Of a DNA stretch of 32,129 nucleotides, positions 18,034 through 27,477 are shown one piece after another. The number at the start of each line of letters is the position of its first letter. The first letter of the stretch is position 1. The position numbers were made by a program, and so were the translations under genes. The stretch comes from a virus (lineage: Duplodnaviria > Caudoviricetes): the IMG/VR virus record IMGVR_UViG_3300008007_000006, positions 1 to 32,129 of that record, one strand, 5' to 3'. The notes beneath the pieces are model-generated. The model searched no databases and was not told the DNA's origin. It worked only from the letters and a program-made list of their open reading frames with translations.

Positions 18034-18945
18034 TTAAGCAGATCGTGTGATCACCAATGTTGATTCTTCTGAGGCGTCATAGACGGCCCTGAAGGGTAGT
18101 GTGATTATTCTAGGACCACTTCCTTCGTCGATAGGCATATCTGCCCCAGTATAACGAACATTTGGCATGTCGAACTTGATAGTATTTCCATCTCCATCGT
18201 CTAGTTCAAAGTCTATACTAGTGCTGGTATCGTCCATGAACTTATTGTAAAGTGCGGCATCAGAGAATAGAACGCTCATCGTTCCAGTAACATCCACACG
18301 ACCTTCAATAATGTCTGAAGGATCACAATCACCCCAAACGAACTGTGAAGAAAGATTGTTAGAGATAGTAAAATCAATTTCAGTTACAATACCTATCGCG
18401 GTTCCACCCTCATTGATCGTTCCTCCACAGTGGGTCATAGGCTGTCTTACAGCCTGTGCAGTGTATGGAGATGCCGATACAGAAGTTCCTGACATTTCCT
18501 GAGACATACCAAGAAAATCAAAAGAAATAGTGCTCAAACCATCGGCAGGACTTGTTACAGTCATACTGTTTGCTACGACACCTCTGTTGATCTTGTACTG
18601 AGTAATGTCGGATGCATTTTCTTCTACAGTCATAGAAACTAGAGTATCACCCAATTTCAATACATTAGTATCCCATTCGTTGAACATTACACTTTCCAAA
18701 AGAACATCGTAGTTGTTATGAGCTAAAGGACCAGACAAAGATCCATTTACGGTCTTATTTCCAGTCTTAACATACAATTTTTGACGAGTGTTTGCCTTTG
18801 AAGTGTCTTCTAGTTCACTTCTTTCAACTGAAAAGTTTGTACTAGAAAATCTCTGAGATTCTAGTGTAGGAGTAGCAGGGGTAGTTCCCAATACACTTTC
18901 TTTAATGATACCAATTCTGCTTAATGCGTTAGTAGCGTTTGCCAT
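18034..18945 (-). CDS. Major tail tube protein
   Basis: ESVLGTTPATP N-terminus, GRVDVTGTMSVLF, DGDGNTIKFDMPNVRY; position; AAGGA RBS. Confidence 0.88.
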   Translation of the reverse strand: MANATNALSRIGIIKESVLGTTPATPTLESQRFSSTNFSVERSELEDTSKANTRQKLYVKTGNKTVNGSLSGPLAHNNYDVLLESVMFNEWDTNVLKLGDTLVSMTVEENASDITQYKINRGVVANSMTVTSPADGLSTISFDFLGMSQEMSGTSVSASPYTAQAVRQPMTHCGGTINEGGTAIGIVTEIDFTISNNLSSQFVWGDCDPSDIIEGRVDVTGTMSVLFSDAALYNKFMDDTSTSIDFELDDGDGNTIKFDMPNVRYTGADMPIDEGSGPRIITLPFRAVYDASEESTLVITRSA

Positions 18946-18982
18946 AATTATTTTTCCTTTATGTTATTATAAGTTCTTAATC

Positions 18983-18990
18983 TATTTATA
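18983..18990 (-). promoter_or_regulatory. TATAAATA motif upstream of the tail tube gene
   Basis: Minus strand GTATAAATAGATT about 40 nt before the ATG. Confidence 0.65.
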
Positions 18991-19011
18991 CGTTATTTGA
19001 TACAAATACTA

Positions 19012-19425
19012 TCAAATGTCGTCTACACCTACTGAATCAACAAAATAACGGTATCTACAAAGAACCGGACTAACTATCCAATCGTTTTCGTATGTACTAG
19101 AACCCATCCAAGCTCTGTCTATCTGAAGAGCGTTTGGATATTTTCTTTTACCATTAAATCTGTTAACAACAGTATTTATTATGTTAAAGTGTGTTTCTGT
19201 GTTGGCTGGTGTTATTACGTCTACTTGTACTAATCCGCTATGTTCTATCCAACTGTCAATACCCTGTGATATGTTAATTGATTCAGAAGGTAGTACTGTT
19301 ATACGAACATAAGACTGCCTAGTAGTGGGTTTATACGATTCATAAGCCCTGACAACATCTTCAGTCAACACCAAAGACAATTCAGTATCGAATGTATCGT
19401 AAATTGTTTTAAAATCTGTAGTCAT
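19012..19425 (-). CDS. Tail terminator protein
   Basis: Position before the tail tube gene; YVRITVLP..GLVQVDVITP pattern. Confidence 0.7.
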   Translation of the reverse strand: MTTDFKTIYDTFDTELSLVLTEDVVRAYESYKPTTRQSYVRITVLPSESINISQGIDSWIEHSGLVQVDVITPANTETHFNIINTVVNRFNGKRKYPNALQIDRAWMGSSTYENDWIVSPVLCRYRYFVDSVGVDDI

Positions 19426-19428
19426 TAT

Positions 19429-19833
19429 TTATTTCCTGTATTTTTTCAAATTTTTAATCACGTTGGAAACAACAGGGTCCATGTTGTCTAATACTCTACT
19501 GTAAAATCCCGTAGGTGGTACTTTTTGTGTTCCATCATTTACGGATTTTGCATAATCTTCTCCGATCACAACAAAAATGTCATCGTCCAACTCTATTCTA
19601 TCAATCGTAGATTTGTTTTCGGATTTTGTAGACTGACCGCTGGGGTCTTCGTTATTTTGAACAACTTCTTCTTTGTTTATAGACACCTTAACAGAACCTT
19701 TTAATCTACCAGTATCTGCTGGTGCATTATCAATTATGTCTTCCGAACTTTTCTGAACAATACCACGATGCAGAGCTTCTAAATCCTTTTCATGTTCTTC
19801 TATCATTTCATCTATTGTAACAACCTTAACCAT
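19429..19833 (-). CDS. HK97 gp10-like neck/tail completion protein
   Basis: APADTGRLKGS and YAKSVNDGT..PTGF motifs. Confidence 0.8.
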   Translation of the reverse strand: MVKVVTIDEMIEEHEKDLEALHRGIVQKSSEDIIDNAPADTGRLKGSVKVSINKEEVVQNNEDPSGQSTKSENKSTIDRIELDDDIFVVIGEDYAKSVNDGTQKVPPTGFYSRVLDNMDPVVSNVIKNLKKYRK

Positions 19834-19835
19834 CT

Positions 19836-20156
19836 TTAAACTCCCACGAAAAGTTGGTAAACTATACTAGTATCCGTTGGACGTATAAGTTCAAAATCTA
19901 TTATCTTGTATAAAGTTGAATCAAAAATAATATAGTCGTCCTTATTAATACCTATGTTCGAATCACAAAGTATAGTTGAATCTACATCCTCTACAATACT
20001 GGATGGAATAACGTCAACATTCAAGGCAATACGTATTGCCTTGACTTTTCCCCTAGACATTTGAATGTTATCAGAATCGTAAAATACAATTTCTCCATCT
20101 GTTCCATATTTTTCCAATAACTCTTCGGTTTTTAATTTCAATCTATTGTATATCAC
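19836..20156 (-). CDS. Head closure (stopper) protein
   Basis: LLEKYG start, size and position after the adaptor. Confidence 0.65.
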   Translation of the reverse strand: MIYNRLKLKTEELLEKYGTDGEIVFYDSDNIQMSRGKVKAIRIALNVDVIPSSIVEDVDSTILCDSNIGINKDDYIIFDSTLYKIIDFELIRPTDTSIVYQLFVGV

Positions 20157-20162
20157 AATGAA

Positions 20163-20696
20163 TTATCCTCTTGAAACAGAAAACTGTCTAGAAGGAAGTT
20201 TAATTAAAGGAGATATTATAACAGTAACTTCTTCTCGTGTTTTTGTAGTCGAAACTTCTTTATCGTAATATTCAACTGATTCTGAGATTGGTCCAATACT
20301 TACTGATTCTTTCTTGATATTTTCTTTATCAAAATCCGAACTAACCAGATCAATATCAGTTTTGGCATAACCTATAGCGGCACGTGCCGCAGCATCTTTA
20401 AGAGCTTTTGGAATAGTATTAGAAAGAACCAGTCTTCCTAATCCATCCATGAAAGAACCACGTGGGTATAAAAGAGACTGTTGAGCATCCAAAATATCTC
20501 CCCGCATTCTAGAACCATATAGTCTGTCAATAAGATTTGTAGCTCTAATTACATATTTGTTTTTGTTATCTTGACTCGCATCATTCCATTCTATAATACC
20601 TTCAAGTTCTTCAATGTAGTCTACATATGATGTTTCAATATAAGAGTTTGCATCCTCTACACCAGATCCATCTTCAAGTATTACTGTAATAGCCAT
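20163..20696 (-). CDS. Head-tail adaptor (DnaT-like annotated family)
   Basis: VILEDGSGVEDANSY, QSLLYPR, IPKALKDA, SVSIGPISESVEY motifs. Confidence 0.82.
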   Translation of the reverse strand: MAITVILEDGSGVEDANSYIETSYVDYIEELEGIIEWNDASQDNKNKYVIRATNLIDRLYGSRMRGDILDAQQSLLYPRGSFMDGLGRLVLSNTIPKALKDAAARAAIGYAKTDIDLVSSDFDKENIKKESVSIGPISESVEYYDKEVSTTKTREEVTVIISPLIKLPSRQFSVSRG

Positions 20697-20749
20697 AATA
20701 TTTTCCTTATTTTAAAAATTGTAATAAACTTTGTAATAGTTATTTATTG

Positions 20750-21028
20750 TTAGCAATCATCTGATTCTGTATTATTTCTCTTTTTAGAAACTTTCTTTTT
20801 GAGAACTTTCTTCTTTCCCATATCTTTGTTTGGTCTTTCTTCTTCAGAATCAGGTGTGTTTTCTTTAAGATTTGCAAGAGCATTTGCATTTTCCCCCAAA
20901 AACTTTTTCTGTTTAACTAGTTTTTTCTTTCTCTTGGCCTTTTTAAGTTCGTTAGCATACAATGCTCGAAGTTTTATATCTTCAGTCTTTTGAATTAATG
21001 CTTCATAATATCCAGTCATATCGCTCAT
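20750..21028 (-). CDS. Small Lys-rich hypothetical protein after the major capsid gene
   Basis: GAGG RBS; own promoter motif; highly basic segments. Confidence 0.7.
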   Translation of the reverse strand: MSDMTGYYEALIQKTEDIKLRALYANELKKAKRKKKLVKQKKFLGENANALANLKENTPDSEEERPNKDMGKKKVLKKKVSKKRNNTESDDC

Positions 21029-21054
21029 ATTAATATCCTCTGTTGTGTGTTTGT

Positions 21055-21067
21055 AATAGTATTTATA
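21055..21067 (-). promoter_or_regulatory. Extended T4 late promoter consensus TATAAATACTATT
   Basis: Minus strand CCTATAAATACTATTACAAACACAC, directly after the capsid terminator. Confidence 0.7.
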
Positions 21068-21073
21068 GGAAAT

Positions 21074-21102
21074 AAAAAACCCCCGGAAGGCCGAGGGTTT
21101 TT
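21074..21102 (-). terminator. Intrinsic terminator after the major capsid gene
   Basis: AAAAACCCTCGG-CCTT-CCGGGGGTTTTTT. Confidence 0.85.
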
Positions 21103-21123
21103 AAGGTTTGTCTAAGCTATCGC

Positions 21124-22068
21124 TTAAATCTGGTGGGTTAGGACACGAACACCGAAGTGATTCTCGTCTTCTGCTCCAAGACCCCAGTTGCCAGCAGTAG
21201 CCAACTCAGCGTTAGAAGCAGTGTCTCCAGCAGGAGAGCCGTCAAAAGCAGCACCAACAGGATGGATAACGAAACGGCTACGAGTAGCGAATCTGTTGTT
21301 ACCAGTAACAATGTCACGATCCTGCTCAAACATACGTTCTGGACGGTTGTCCATGCCTTCTAGGAAAGATCCCGGACGTACAATCAATGAAGTGTAAACG
21401 TCAGGAGAACCTGCGGCAACAGGAAGAGTGCTTGAAACTATGATAGGCATACCTTGGAAGGTTTCAATCGGCTGCAAATCAGCAGAAGGAACCAAGGTTG
21501 TTAGTTTAGCGACCTGAATTGCTGCATAAGTCTTAGGATGAACAACCATGAATAGCTCATCATCCTGATACTCTCCAAATAGTGAACGTGCTTGTATGAT
21601 TGCAGAAGCACTAATAGCAGCAGAAGAACCGTCTTCAATTACAGAACCAGCGTCTTCAGCATCAATACCACCAGCAGCACCTACAGCGGAGTTGACCAAT
21701 GCACGGTCATATTCTCTAGCCCAGAATGAAGCAAGCTTCTGTGCCAATGCTCCAAAAGGATCAGAACCAGTCATGGTAGCAACTAGATCGTTGTAGCTGT
21801 AAAGCTTACCACGCTCAAGAATTGGAGCAACCTGCGCAGAAGTGGTCAATGCCGTTGGAGTTAGTCCAGCAGTGTCATTCAACACTTCAGCTTCTCCACC
21901 AAGACCGTTCCATGCAGGAACAGTTACAGTTCTACCATAGTTAGGAACAACAATGTCACTTTGAACTACAGCACCGCTCTGGTAAAAACGGCTTCTTTTA
22001 CGAACGTCCGCCTGTACGTAATCACGAAACGTTTGCGGCTCAAATGTTAGATCAGTCAAATCAGTCAT
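21124..22068 (-). CDS. Major capsid protein (HK97 fold, no delta domain)
   Basis: FYQSGAV, GRTVTVPAWNGLGG, TGSDPFGALAQKLASFWAR, MVVHPKTYA motifs; after scaffold; AAGGAG RBS; followed by a terminator. Confidence 0.9.
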   Translation of the reverse strand: MTDLTDLTFEPQTFRDYVQADVRKRSRFYQSGAVVQSDIVVPNYGRTVTVPAWNGLGGEAEVLNDTAGLTPTALTTSAQVAPILERGKLYSYNDLVATMTGSDPFGALAQKLASFWAREYDRALVNSAVGAAGGIDAEDAGSVIEDGSSAAISASAIIQARSLFGEYQDDELFMVVHPKTYAAIQVAKLTTLVPSADLQPIETFQGMPIIVSSTLPVAAGSPDVYTSLIVRPGSFLEGMDNRPERMFEQDRDIVTGNNRFATRSRFVIHPVGAAFDGSPAGDTASNAELATAGNWGLGAEDENHFGVRVLTHQI

Positions 22069-22114
22069 AATATTTCTCCTTTATTTTTGAATATTTTTTA
22101 ATTGACTATGCTTT

Positions 22115-22122
22115 TATTTATA
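22115..22122 (-). promoter_or_regulatory. TATAAATA motif upstream of the major capsid gene, embedded in a palindrome
   Basis: GCTTTTAT-TT-ATAAAAGC at 22110-22127. Confidence 0.6.
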
Positions 22123-22184
22123 AAAGCTGTTATGTATTTTTTAATAATTAAAGTCGCTGACTAAAATTTTAGAACCGCAGGTTC

Positions 22185-22871
22185 TTACTTACGCTTGGCA
22201 GCACGTCTCATGGCTTCTGTCAGACTGTAGTTTGGATCGGTTGGATCAAGACTAAAATCTAACTTACCATTAGTCGGTCTGGTTCCAGAGCCAGAAGCTC
22301 CGGTTCCTTCAAAGCATCGAGAATAAATCTCATCAGCTTTAAGTTCTTTCACCAAGTCTTCAACAGTTGCCTCATTACCGTCAATAAAATAAGGCTTACC
22401 GTCCTTCGAAAGAACTTCAATTTGTACATCACCGTCATCGGTGACTGTGTCTTTCAATCTGTTCCTGATCACAGGCTTTAACAATTCCGAAACACCCTTG
22501 TGTTTTGCTACAGAATCCGTAATCAAAGATTCTATCTTTGATTCTCTGTACTTGTTAACAAAAGAGTTAAGCTTATCTCTTTCTTTTTGTACTTCAGCCT
22601 CCAAGGATTTACGAAGTTCTTCTACCTTTTCGTCTGAAGAATTATCTTTCTTAGCTCTCTCTAGTTCCTGTTTTAGATTTTCAACGCTTGATGCTTTAGA
22701 TCTAAGATCTTCAACGTCAATTCCCTCAAACTTTTTAACAGACTCCTTTAGGGTCTTAAGCTCTCCTAGCAATTCATCACGCTTTGAAACCAAAGGCTGT
22801 TTGTATGACTCTAGTAGTGCTTTACCATCTTCAGTTTCTTCAAGAAACTTCTTTACTTCTTCTAAATTCAT
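22185..22871 (-). CDS. Capsid scaffolding protein
   Basis: Charged coiled coil with FEGTGASGSG C-terminal motif, between portal and capsid; AGGAG RBS. Confidence 0.82.
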   Translation of the reverse strand: MNLEEVKKFLEETEDGKALLESYKQPLVSKRDELLGELKTLKESVKKFEGIDVEDLRSKASSVENLKQELERAKKDNSSDEKVEELRKSLEAEVQKERDKLNSFVNKYRESKIESLITDSVAKHKGVSELLKPVIRNRLKDTVTDDGDVQIEVLSKDGKPYFIDGNEATVEDLVKELKADEIYSRCFEGTGASGSGTRPTNGKLDFSLDPTDPNYSLTEAMRRAAKRK

Positions 22872-22949
22872 TGTTTTCTCCTATATGTGTATATTTGTTG
22901 TTCAGGCGCTGCCTGTATTACTATTTAGCGATTCTAAAAAAAAAAATTA

Positions 22950-24302
22950 TTAGTTTATAGATTCATCGTTTTGTGGATTTGTCAACAACAATCTTCTTTC
23001 GGTAATTTCTTTTAGAGCCTGAGATGGTGTAAGTATTCCAGCTTTGACCATTGCTAATACGTTTTCTATTCCAGCATCTGGTGTAACAGTTAAGGTAGTG
23101 TCTATCGTAACTGTAGCATCAACTTCTTCAGCCATATATTGTCCTGCATACCAAAGTGCTCTTTCTAATGATGATGCAAGATCAATTGTTATAACTTTCA
23201 AAATACTATTCTTAGTATGTTCATCTAAAAGCCTACCTGTTGCTGTTTCATGAATAGCTTTAGGTGTTGTAAGTTCTAATCCTAGAAGAGACATAGACGC
23301 TTTCAATTCATTAATATTTTGCATATAAGTACTAATACCAGAACCGTTAAGCTCTAACCAAGAAACATCACCATCAGAATCAACATGGAAACCAGAGTTG
23401 GGCGAAATTACAATTTCGTTAGTACTTTCACCAGTTGTTGGATCTATCTGGTCTTTCATACCTTTTATTACTAACATTGGCATTGCACCATAATGCAAAG
23501 CAACATCAACATCAGATGTTTTCTGATAATGTTGAATGTTTAAGTATGCAAGATCAAGTAAAGTGGGTTCTCCCAAAAATGGAGATATTTTATTAGCATA
23601 TACAGGAGTAATTGGTATCCTTTTCATGTTTCTTATGATGTTTTTATCATAAAGATACTCATTACCGTTCTTGTCTTCTCTCCATATTGTATAACTCACG
23701 TTACCGGACTCATCAAAAGAAAACTGTTTCACTTGATATTGTGAAACTGTAGTAAAACCATCATATTCTGAAACTTCTTCAAAAAACCTAAAGTTGATCA
23801 ACTGTGCAAGACCGTCGATGTATCCAACACTTAGATCTAATACTTGTGTGGGTTTAATGTTTACGAAATAAGGATATGCACCAGCAAGTCTTTCGTCTGC
23901 TAGTGTAGAATTAGGTTCAATTACTGGAAAGTCTGTTAAAAGGTAAGTTATTCCGTATTTTATGGCATCGTTCAAAATATCCTTTGAAAAGGATTCCAAG
24001 CTTGTGCCCGATTGATCAGCATTGAATATTAAGGGTTCCAAAGAAGATGGAACACCATCAACTTGAATTGGTTTGGTAAAAGCTTTACCGACAGACTGCA
24101 TTATTACACGCTTAAATACTGGTTCCATTACAGAACGATCTAATCTCATTTGATAATTTGCAGAAGTTTCTTTAGGTTCTTTTTGAAGATAAGTATTACC
24201 TTCTCTTCTCATGGCCTCTGTACCTTCCCATACATCATCTACAATAGTGTACTTATCGTGAAGATTTTCAAATGTCTTTGATGCTTTAAAATGTGGATTC
24301 AT
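22950..24302 (-). CDS. Portal protein (SPP1 gp6/DUF4055-like)
   Basis: WEGTEAMR..YLQKEPKE..YQMRLDRS, PTLLDLAYLNIQHYQ, ETAT motifs; follows TerL. Confidence 0.9.
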   Translation of the reverse strand: MNPHFKASKTFENLHDKYTIVDDVWEGTEAMRREGNTYLQKEPKETSANYQMRLDRSVMEPVFKRVIMQSVGKAFTKPIQVDGVPSSLEPLIFNADQSGTSLESFSKDILNDAIKYGITYLLTDFPVIEPNSTLADERLAGAYPYFVNIKPTQVLDLSVGYIDGLAQLINFRFFEEVSEYDGFTTVSQYQVKQFSFDESGNVSYTIWREDKNGNEYLYDKNIIRNMKRIPITPVYANKISPFLGEPTLLDLAYLNIQHYQKTSDVDVALHYGAMPMLVIKGMKDQIDPTTGESTNEIVISPNSGFHVDSDGDVSWLELNGSGISTYMQNINELKASMSLLGLELTTPKAIHETATGRLLDEHTKNSILKVITIDLASSLERALWYAGQYMAEEVDATVTIDTTLTVTPDAGIENVLAMVKAGILTPSQALKEITERRLLLTNPQNDESIN

Positions 24303-24374
24303 TTTTGTTTTATCCTTAAAGTGTTTTTTGTATTTATTATTAGAGTAGTCATCATATTTATTAACTTTTATATA

Positions 24375-25697
24375 TTAATCAAAGAATGGCTTTTGTCTAA
24401 TTCCTTTAGATCTAATTGGATATAACTGATAAACCGTATATGAAGATGAGTCAAAAGGATGATCCAGATTACTGTGTTTATCCATCTTTCCACTCTTGTC
24501 GTATGTCAATCCAAGTAAAGACTCGACCAAATACTTACATTGTGGGTTAACAAAATATCTTCTTGTTCCATCTGCTGCACATACCAAAGCATTGAATGAA
24601 TTTATTCTGTCGTTCTGGGTAGGATTTGAATTATCACAAACGATTTTACCGACGGTTGAAAGTATCTGATGGTCTGTATTTTTAGACGAAGTTTTTCTGG
24701 CAGATCCCGTAGCGTCAGGATAAAAAATTATATTGCCCAGCCATTTTGAGTATTTGTTTTTTACAAGATTTGCCATTTTCTGCGTATTAGTGTTTGCTAC
24801 ATATAGCTCTTCGATAGCATGTAGTTCTTCAACACGACTTTTGAGTCTTCCATTTGGATAAAACTCTTGCTTGACATTTACCTGATGTATTACCATAGTA
24901 TACGGATTTACGTTAAAATCCACTCCTATCAACAATGGTTTAGATGGATCGAGTTTTATATCTGATCTGTTTAGAATTGTATCAAAGTCTGGTACAACTC
25001 TTCCAAATCCAGAATCTGGATCACAAAGAAACTCGGCCTTGTACTGTGAAGGTGACATTGATGATTTTAAAAACGCTATCATTTCTGGATTATTATTTGG
25101 TGTAGGTGAATCATGGACTGTTACTTTCCAAGATCTAAACCCCGGTGTATAATCTGGATGCCCCAATTGACCTTTTTCGTAGTATTTCCAAAGTATGTTG
25201 CTTCTGGTTCTTACGGTTCCTGCTAGTATCATTCTACCATTACGAGTAGAAAGCATTGGCTGTACTTTGTTTATTGAATCTTCGGATAAAGATTGTGCTT
25301 CGTCAAATATAGCTAAATCTGCTGTAGAACCGAGTGTAGCGTCAACATTTTCGAGACCAGAACATCTTATGGTTGAACCGTTTATTAGTTCGACATACAT
25401 ATCAGAACGGTTGATATTTTTTATAAGTGATTGAGGAAAAATAGGATCAGATCCTTCAAACATTACTTTCCATAGGTTGTACTTTACCTGTCTATGAGTA
25501 ACAGCAAAAACAAGTATGTCTTTCTTTTCTTCAAGTGCTTCTTTATAAACAATAGCCCTAAGTACTGTCGTCTTACCAGACTGTCTAGAATTTAGTAAGA
25601 CTCTTACCCTAGCCTTAGATAGTAATACTTCTACCTGATAGCCTGAGAGGTGTCTCAGGGTCTCTGTGGGGCTTAATAGTACGTTGTACCCATTCAT
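24375..25697 (-). CDS. terL: Terminase large subunit
   Basis: Walker A SRQSGKT, Walker B AIFDEA, nuclease IGVDFNVNP and DHPFDS. Confidence 0.93.
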   Translation of the reverse strand: MNGYNVLLSPTETLRHLSGYQVEVLLSKARVRVLLNSRQSGKTTVLRAIVYKEALEEKKDILVFAVTHRQVKYNLWKVMFEGSDPIFPQSLIKNINRSDMYVELINGSTIRCSGLENVDATLGSTADLAIFDEAQSLSEDSINKVQPMLSTRNGRMILAGTVRTRSNILWKYYEKGQLGHPDYTPGFRSWKVTVHDSPTPNNNPEMIAFLKSSMSPSQYKAEFLCDPDSGFGRVVPDFDTILNRSDIKLDPSKPLLIGVDFNVNPYTMVIHQVNVKQEFYPNGRLKSRVEELHAIEELYVANTNTQKMANLVKNKYSKWLGNIIFYPDATGSARKTSSKNTDHQILSTVGKIVCDNSNPTQNDRINSFNALVCAADGTRRYFVNPQCKYLVESLLGLTYDKSGKMDKHSNLDHPFDSSSYTVYQLYPIRSKGIRQKPFFD

Positions 25698-26152
25698 TAT
25701 CCAGAGTTTCCTGAATCCTCGGACTGTTCTAGATACTGTTTGTCAAGTTCTTCCGCCCTATCGAAAGCTTCTTTTGTAATAATAATTCTAGGTATATCAC
25801 TAGGTGTTTCAGAAATATCCTGTATCTGTTTTGGCATAGATTGTTCCGCTAAAAACTTCACTATAGATACAAGATCTTTTGCAGATAGTTCTTTGTTAGA
25901 CAATTCTTTTATTATTCTAGGCAGACCTTTATTCTCCAATGCATCTAGACACATTGAGCGTACTCTAAGAATCTGTTGAGCATGATTAGAAGAAACTCCT
26001 CCTTTATTACCGGAGTATCCTTTTACAAACTTACCGTTTTTGTAACGTACTTGTCCAGATTCATTTTTGTATGCTATCTTTCCTTCATGAATAAAAGCGT
26101 CTACGGCCCATTGGGGCCATTCTTCTTCTAATGGTATTTGTATTTCTGGCAT
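25697..26152 (-). CDS. terS: Terminase small subunit (probable ATG start at 26152)
   Basis: GKFVKGYSGNKGG motif; directly upstream of and overlapping terL; GAGG 7 nt before the ATG. Confidence 0.72.
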   Translation of the reverse strand: MPEIQIPLEEEWPQWAVDAFIHEGKIAYKNESGQVRYKNGKFVKGYSGNKGGVSSNHAQQILRVRSMCLDALENKGLPRIIKELSNKELSAKDLVSIVKFLAEQSMPKQIQDISETPSDIPRIIITKEAFDRAEELDKQYLEQSEDSGNSG

Positions 26153-26205
26153 TTTCAATCCTCTAGTCGCTGACTGTTAGGGTTTTGTGTATGTGTGTAA
26201 TCTAT

Positions 26206-26553
26206 TTATCTGTTATTAAATTCAATAAGAATGTTATAGATGTTATCGATCTTTTTTGATATATCGTTAGCATCTTGAGAAGTTTTGTCTAAATATTTTT
26301 CTAGCGCATCTTGTTTTTGTTTGATGATGGCGGTTTCTTTTTGTATTTCAAAATGTTGTTTCTCTAGGGATGTAAGAGAAGTTGCTGTTGTTTTTAAAGA
26401 GTTAGCGATTTGCGCATCTAACAATATAATCAGATAACTTGATATTGAATTTTTTATTTTTTTCCACGCCATTCCTATTAAACTGGACATTCCTACTAGT
26501 ATTCCTATTACAAGGTATATTAAATGTGCAGTGTCACTATTCAAAATATCCAT
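26206..26553 (-). CDS. Membrane protein with one N-terminal TM helix and a coiled coil (possibly holin-like)
   Basis: LIYLVIGILVGMSSLIGMAW followed by a heptad-rich C-terminus. Confidence 0.65.
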   Translation of the reverse strand: MDILNSDTAHLIYLVIGILVGMSSLIGMAWKKIKNSISSYLIILLDAQIANSLKTTATSLTSLEKQHFEIQKETAIIKQKQDALEKYLDKTSQDANDISKKIDNIYNILIEFNNR

Positions 26554-26777
26554 TATCCAAATTTTTCCTTAACAAGTTTTTCCAGTTCTGTTGTTTTTTG
26601 TAAAATTAATTCGTATCTGTTGCAGTTATTTTTATTAATTTTTTGTGATCTTAATACTCTGTTGTGTAAACGACGTATATTTTTAGCGTATACACTAGTT
26701 TTGTCGTTAAGGACACAAATATGGTTTATTTGGTCATTAAGAACCGCTTCTACGTGTGTTGGATTTTGTGTTAACAT
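26553..26777 (-). CDS. Hypothetical protein (74 aa)
   Basis: TAATG overlap with the next gene; no clear RBS. Confidence 0.5.
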   Translation of the reverse strand: MLTQNPTHVEAVLNDQINHICVLNDKTSVYAKNIRRLHNRVLRSQKINKNNCNRYELILQKTTELEKLVKEKFG

Positions 26778-26823
26778 CTTGTTTTCGTCTAATGTCTTAT
26801 TATTTATTATAAGTCGAATAGAA

Positions 26824-26850
26824 AAAAAGAAGTGCTTGGCACTTCTTTTT
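26824..26850. terminator. Bidirectional-type intrinsic terminator
   Basis: AAAAAGAAGTGC-TTG-GCACTTCTTTTT perfect inverted repeat. Confidence 0.8.
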
Positions 26851-26884
26851 GTTTTACATGTTTATTTATGCAATTGTATTGTTT

Positions 26885-27358
26885 TTAAAAAGATATTATG
26901 TCTTCCGTAAAACTTTTTCTAGACTCAATAAGAACTTCTTTTTTATCAAAATCAGACTTTAGTTTTCTCTTTTTGTCCATTATCTTTTTCATCTTTGACG
27001 GTTCAGAAAATTTTTCTTCAGCATCTAGTTCTGCCCAATCTATAAAGTTTCCATCTATACCGGGTATTTTTTTCAGCATCCTATCAAGCTTCTTGGTTTG
27101 TGTTAATGTTGGGTCCAACATCATACAATCCTTTCTCTTGGAATGATAATTGAACATCTTTGGTATAAACTCAATCATTTCATCATCGTAACTGTTCCAA
27201 TTCAATGGGAAGCCATTGTTTATGATATGACTTATCAGTTGTATGTATTTCTTTTTAATTCGGTCTCTTTCTTCTTCGTTTAACACCAAGAACACATTCA
27301 TGTTATCTTGTTTTTTATTTTGTTTGCTGTAATATGCCTTGCTAATGTAAAGTTGCAT
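26885..27358 (-). CDS. Hypothetical protein in its own promoter-terminator unit (probable start MQLYI at 27358)
   Basis: GGAGAG RBS precedes the second ATG; TATAAATA at 27389-27396; terminator at 26824-26850. Confidence 0.7.
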   Translation of the reverse strand: MQLYISKAYYSKQNKKQDNMNVFLVLNEEERDRIKKKYIQLISHIINNGFPLNWNSYDDEMIEFIPKMFNYHSKRKDCMMLDPTLTQTKKLDRMLKKIPGIDGNFIDWAELDAEEKFSEPSKMKKIMDKKRKLKSDFDKKEVLIESRKSFTEDIISF

Positions 27359-27477
27359 CGTGTTTCTCTCCATTGTAAATTACCATATTATTTATAGTAA
27401 TTGTAATTTTTTACTAATAAATTTTTATTATTAAAAAAGAGAACTAAACTAGTTAGGTATTAGAAATTCAGAAACAT

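Noticed and set aside
13552-19433. Intragenic or junction NATAAATA matches (13552, about 17212, about 19173, 19426)
   Set aside because: Degenerate versions are expected by chance in AT-rich coding DNA; not counted as promoters.
26787-26797. AGACATTAGAC in the ORF26777 leader resembling the TAGACATTTAGAC repeat of sRNA 3
   Set aside because: Single imperfect short match in the same sense; insufficient without conservation data.
26824-26870. CATAAATA at 26863-26870 followed by a terminator as a fourth tiny RNA
   Set aside because: The product would be about 35 nt and almost entirely terminator; the hairpin is adequately explained by the upstream gene.
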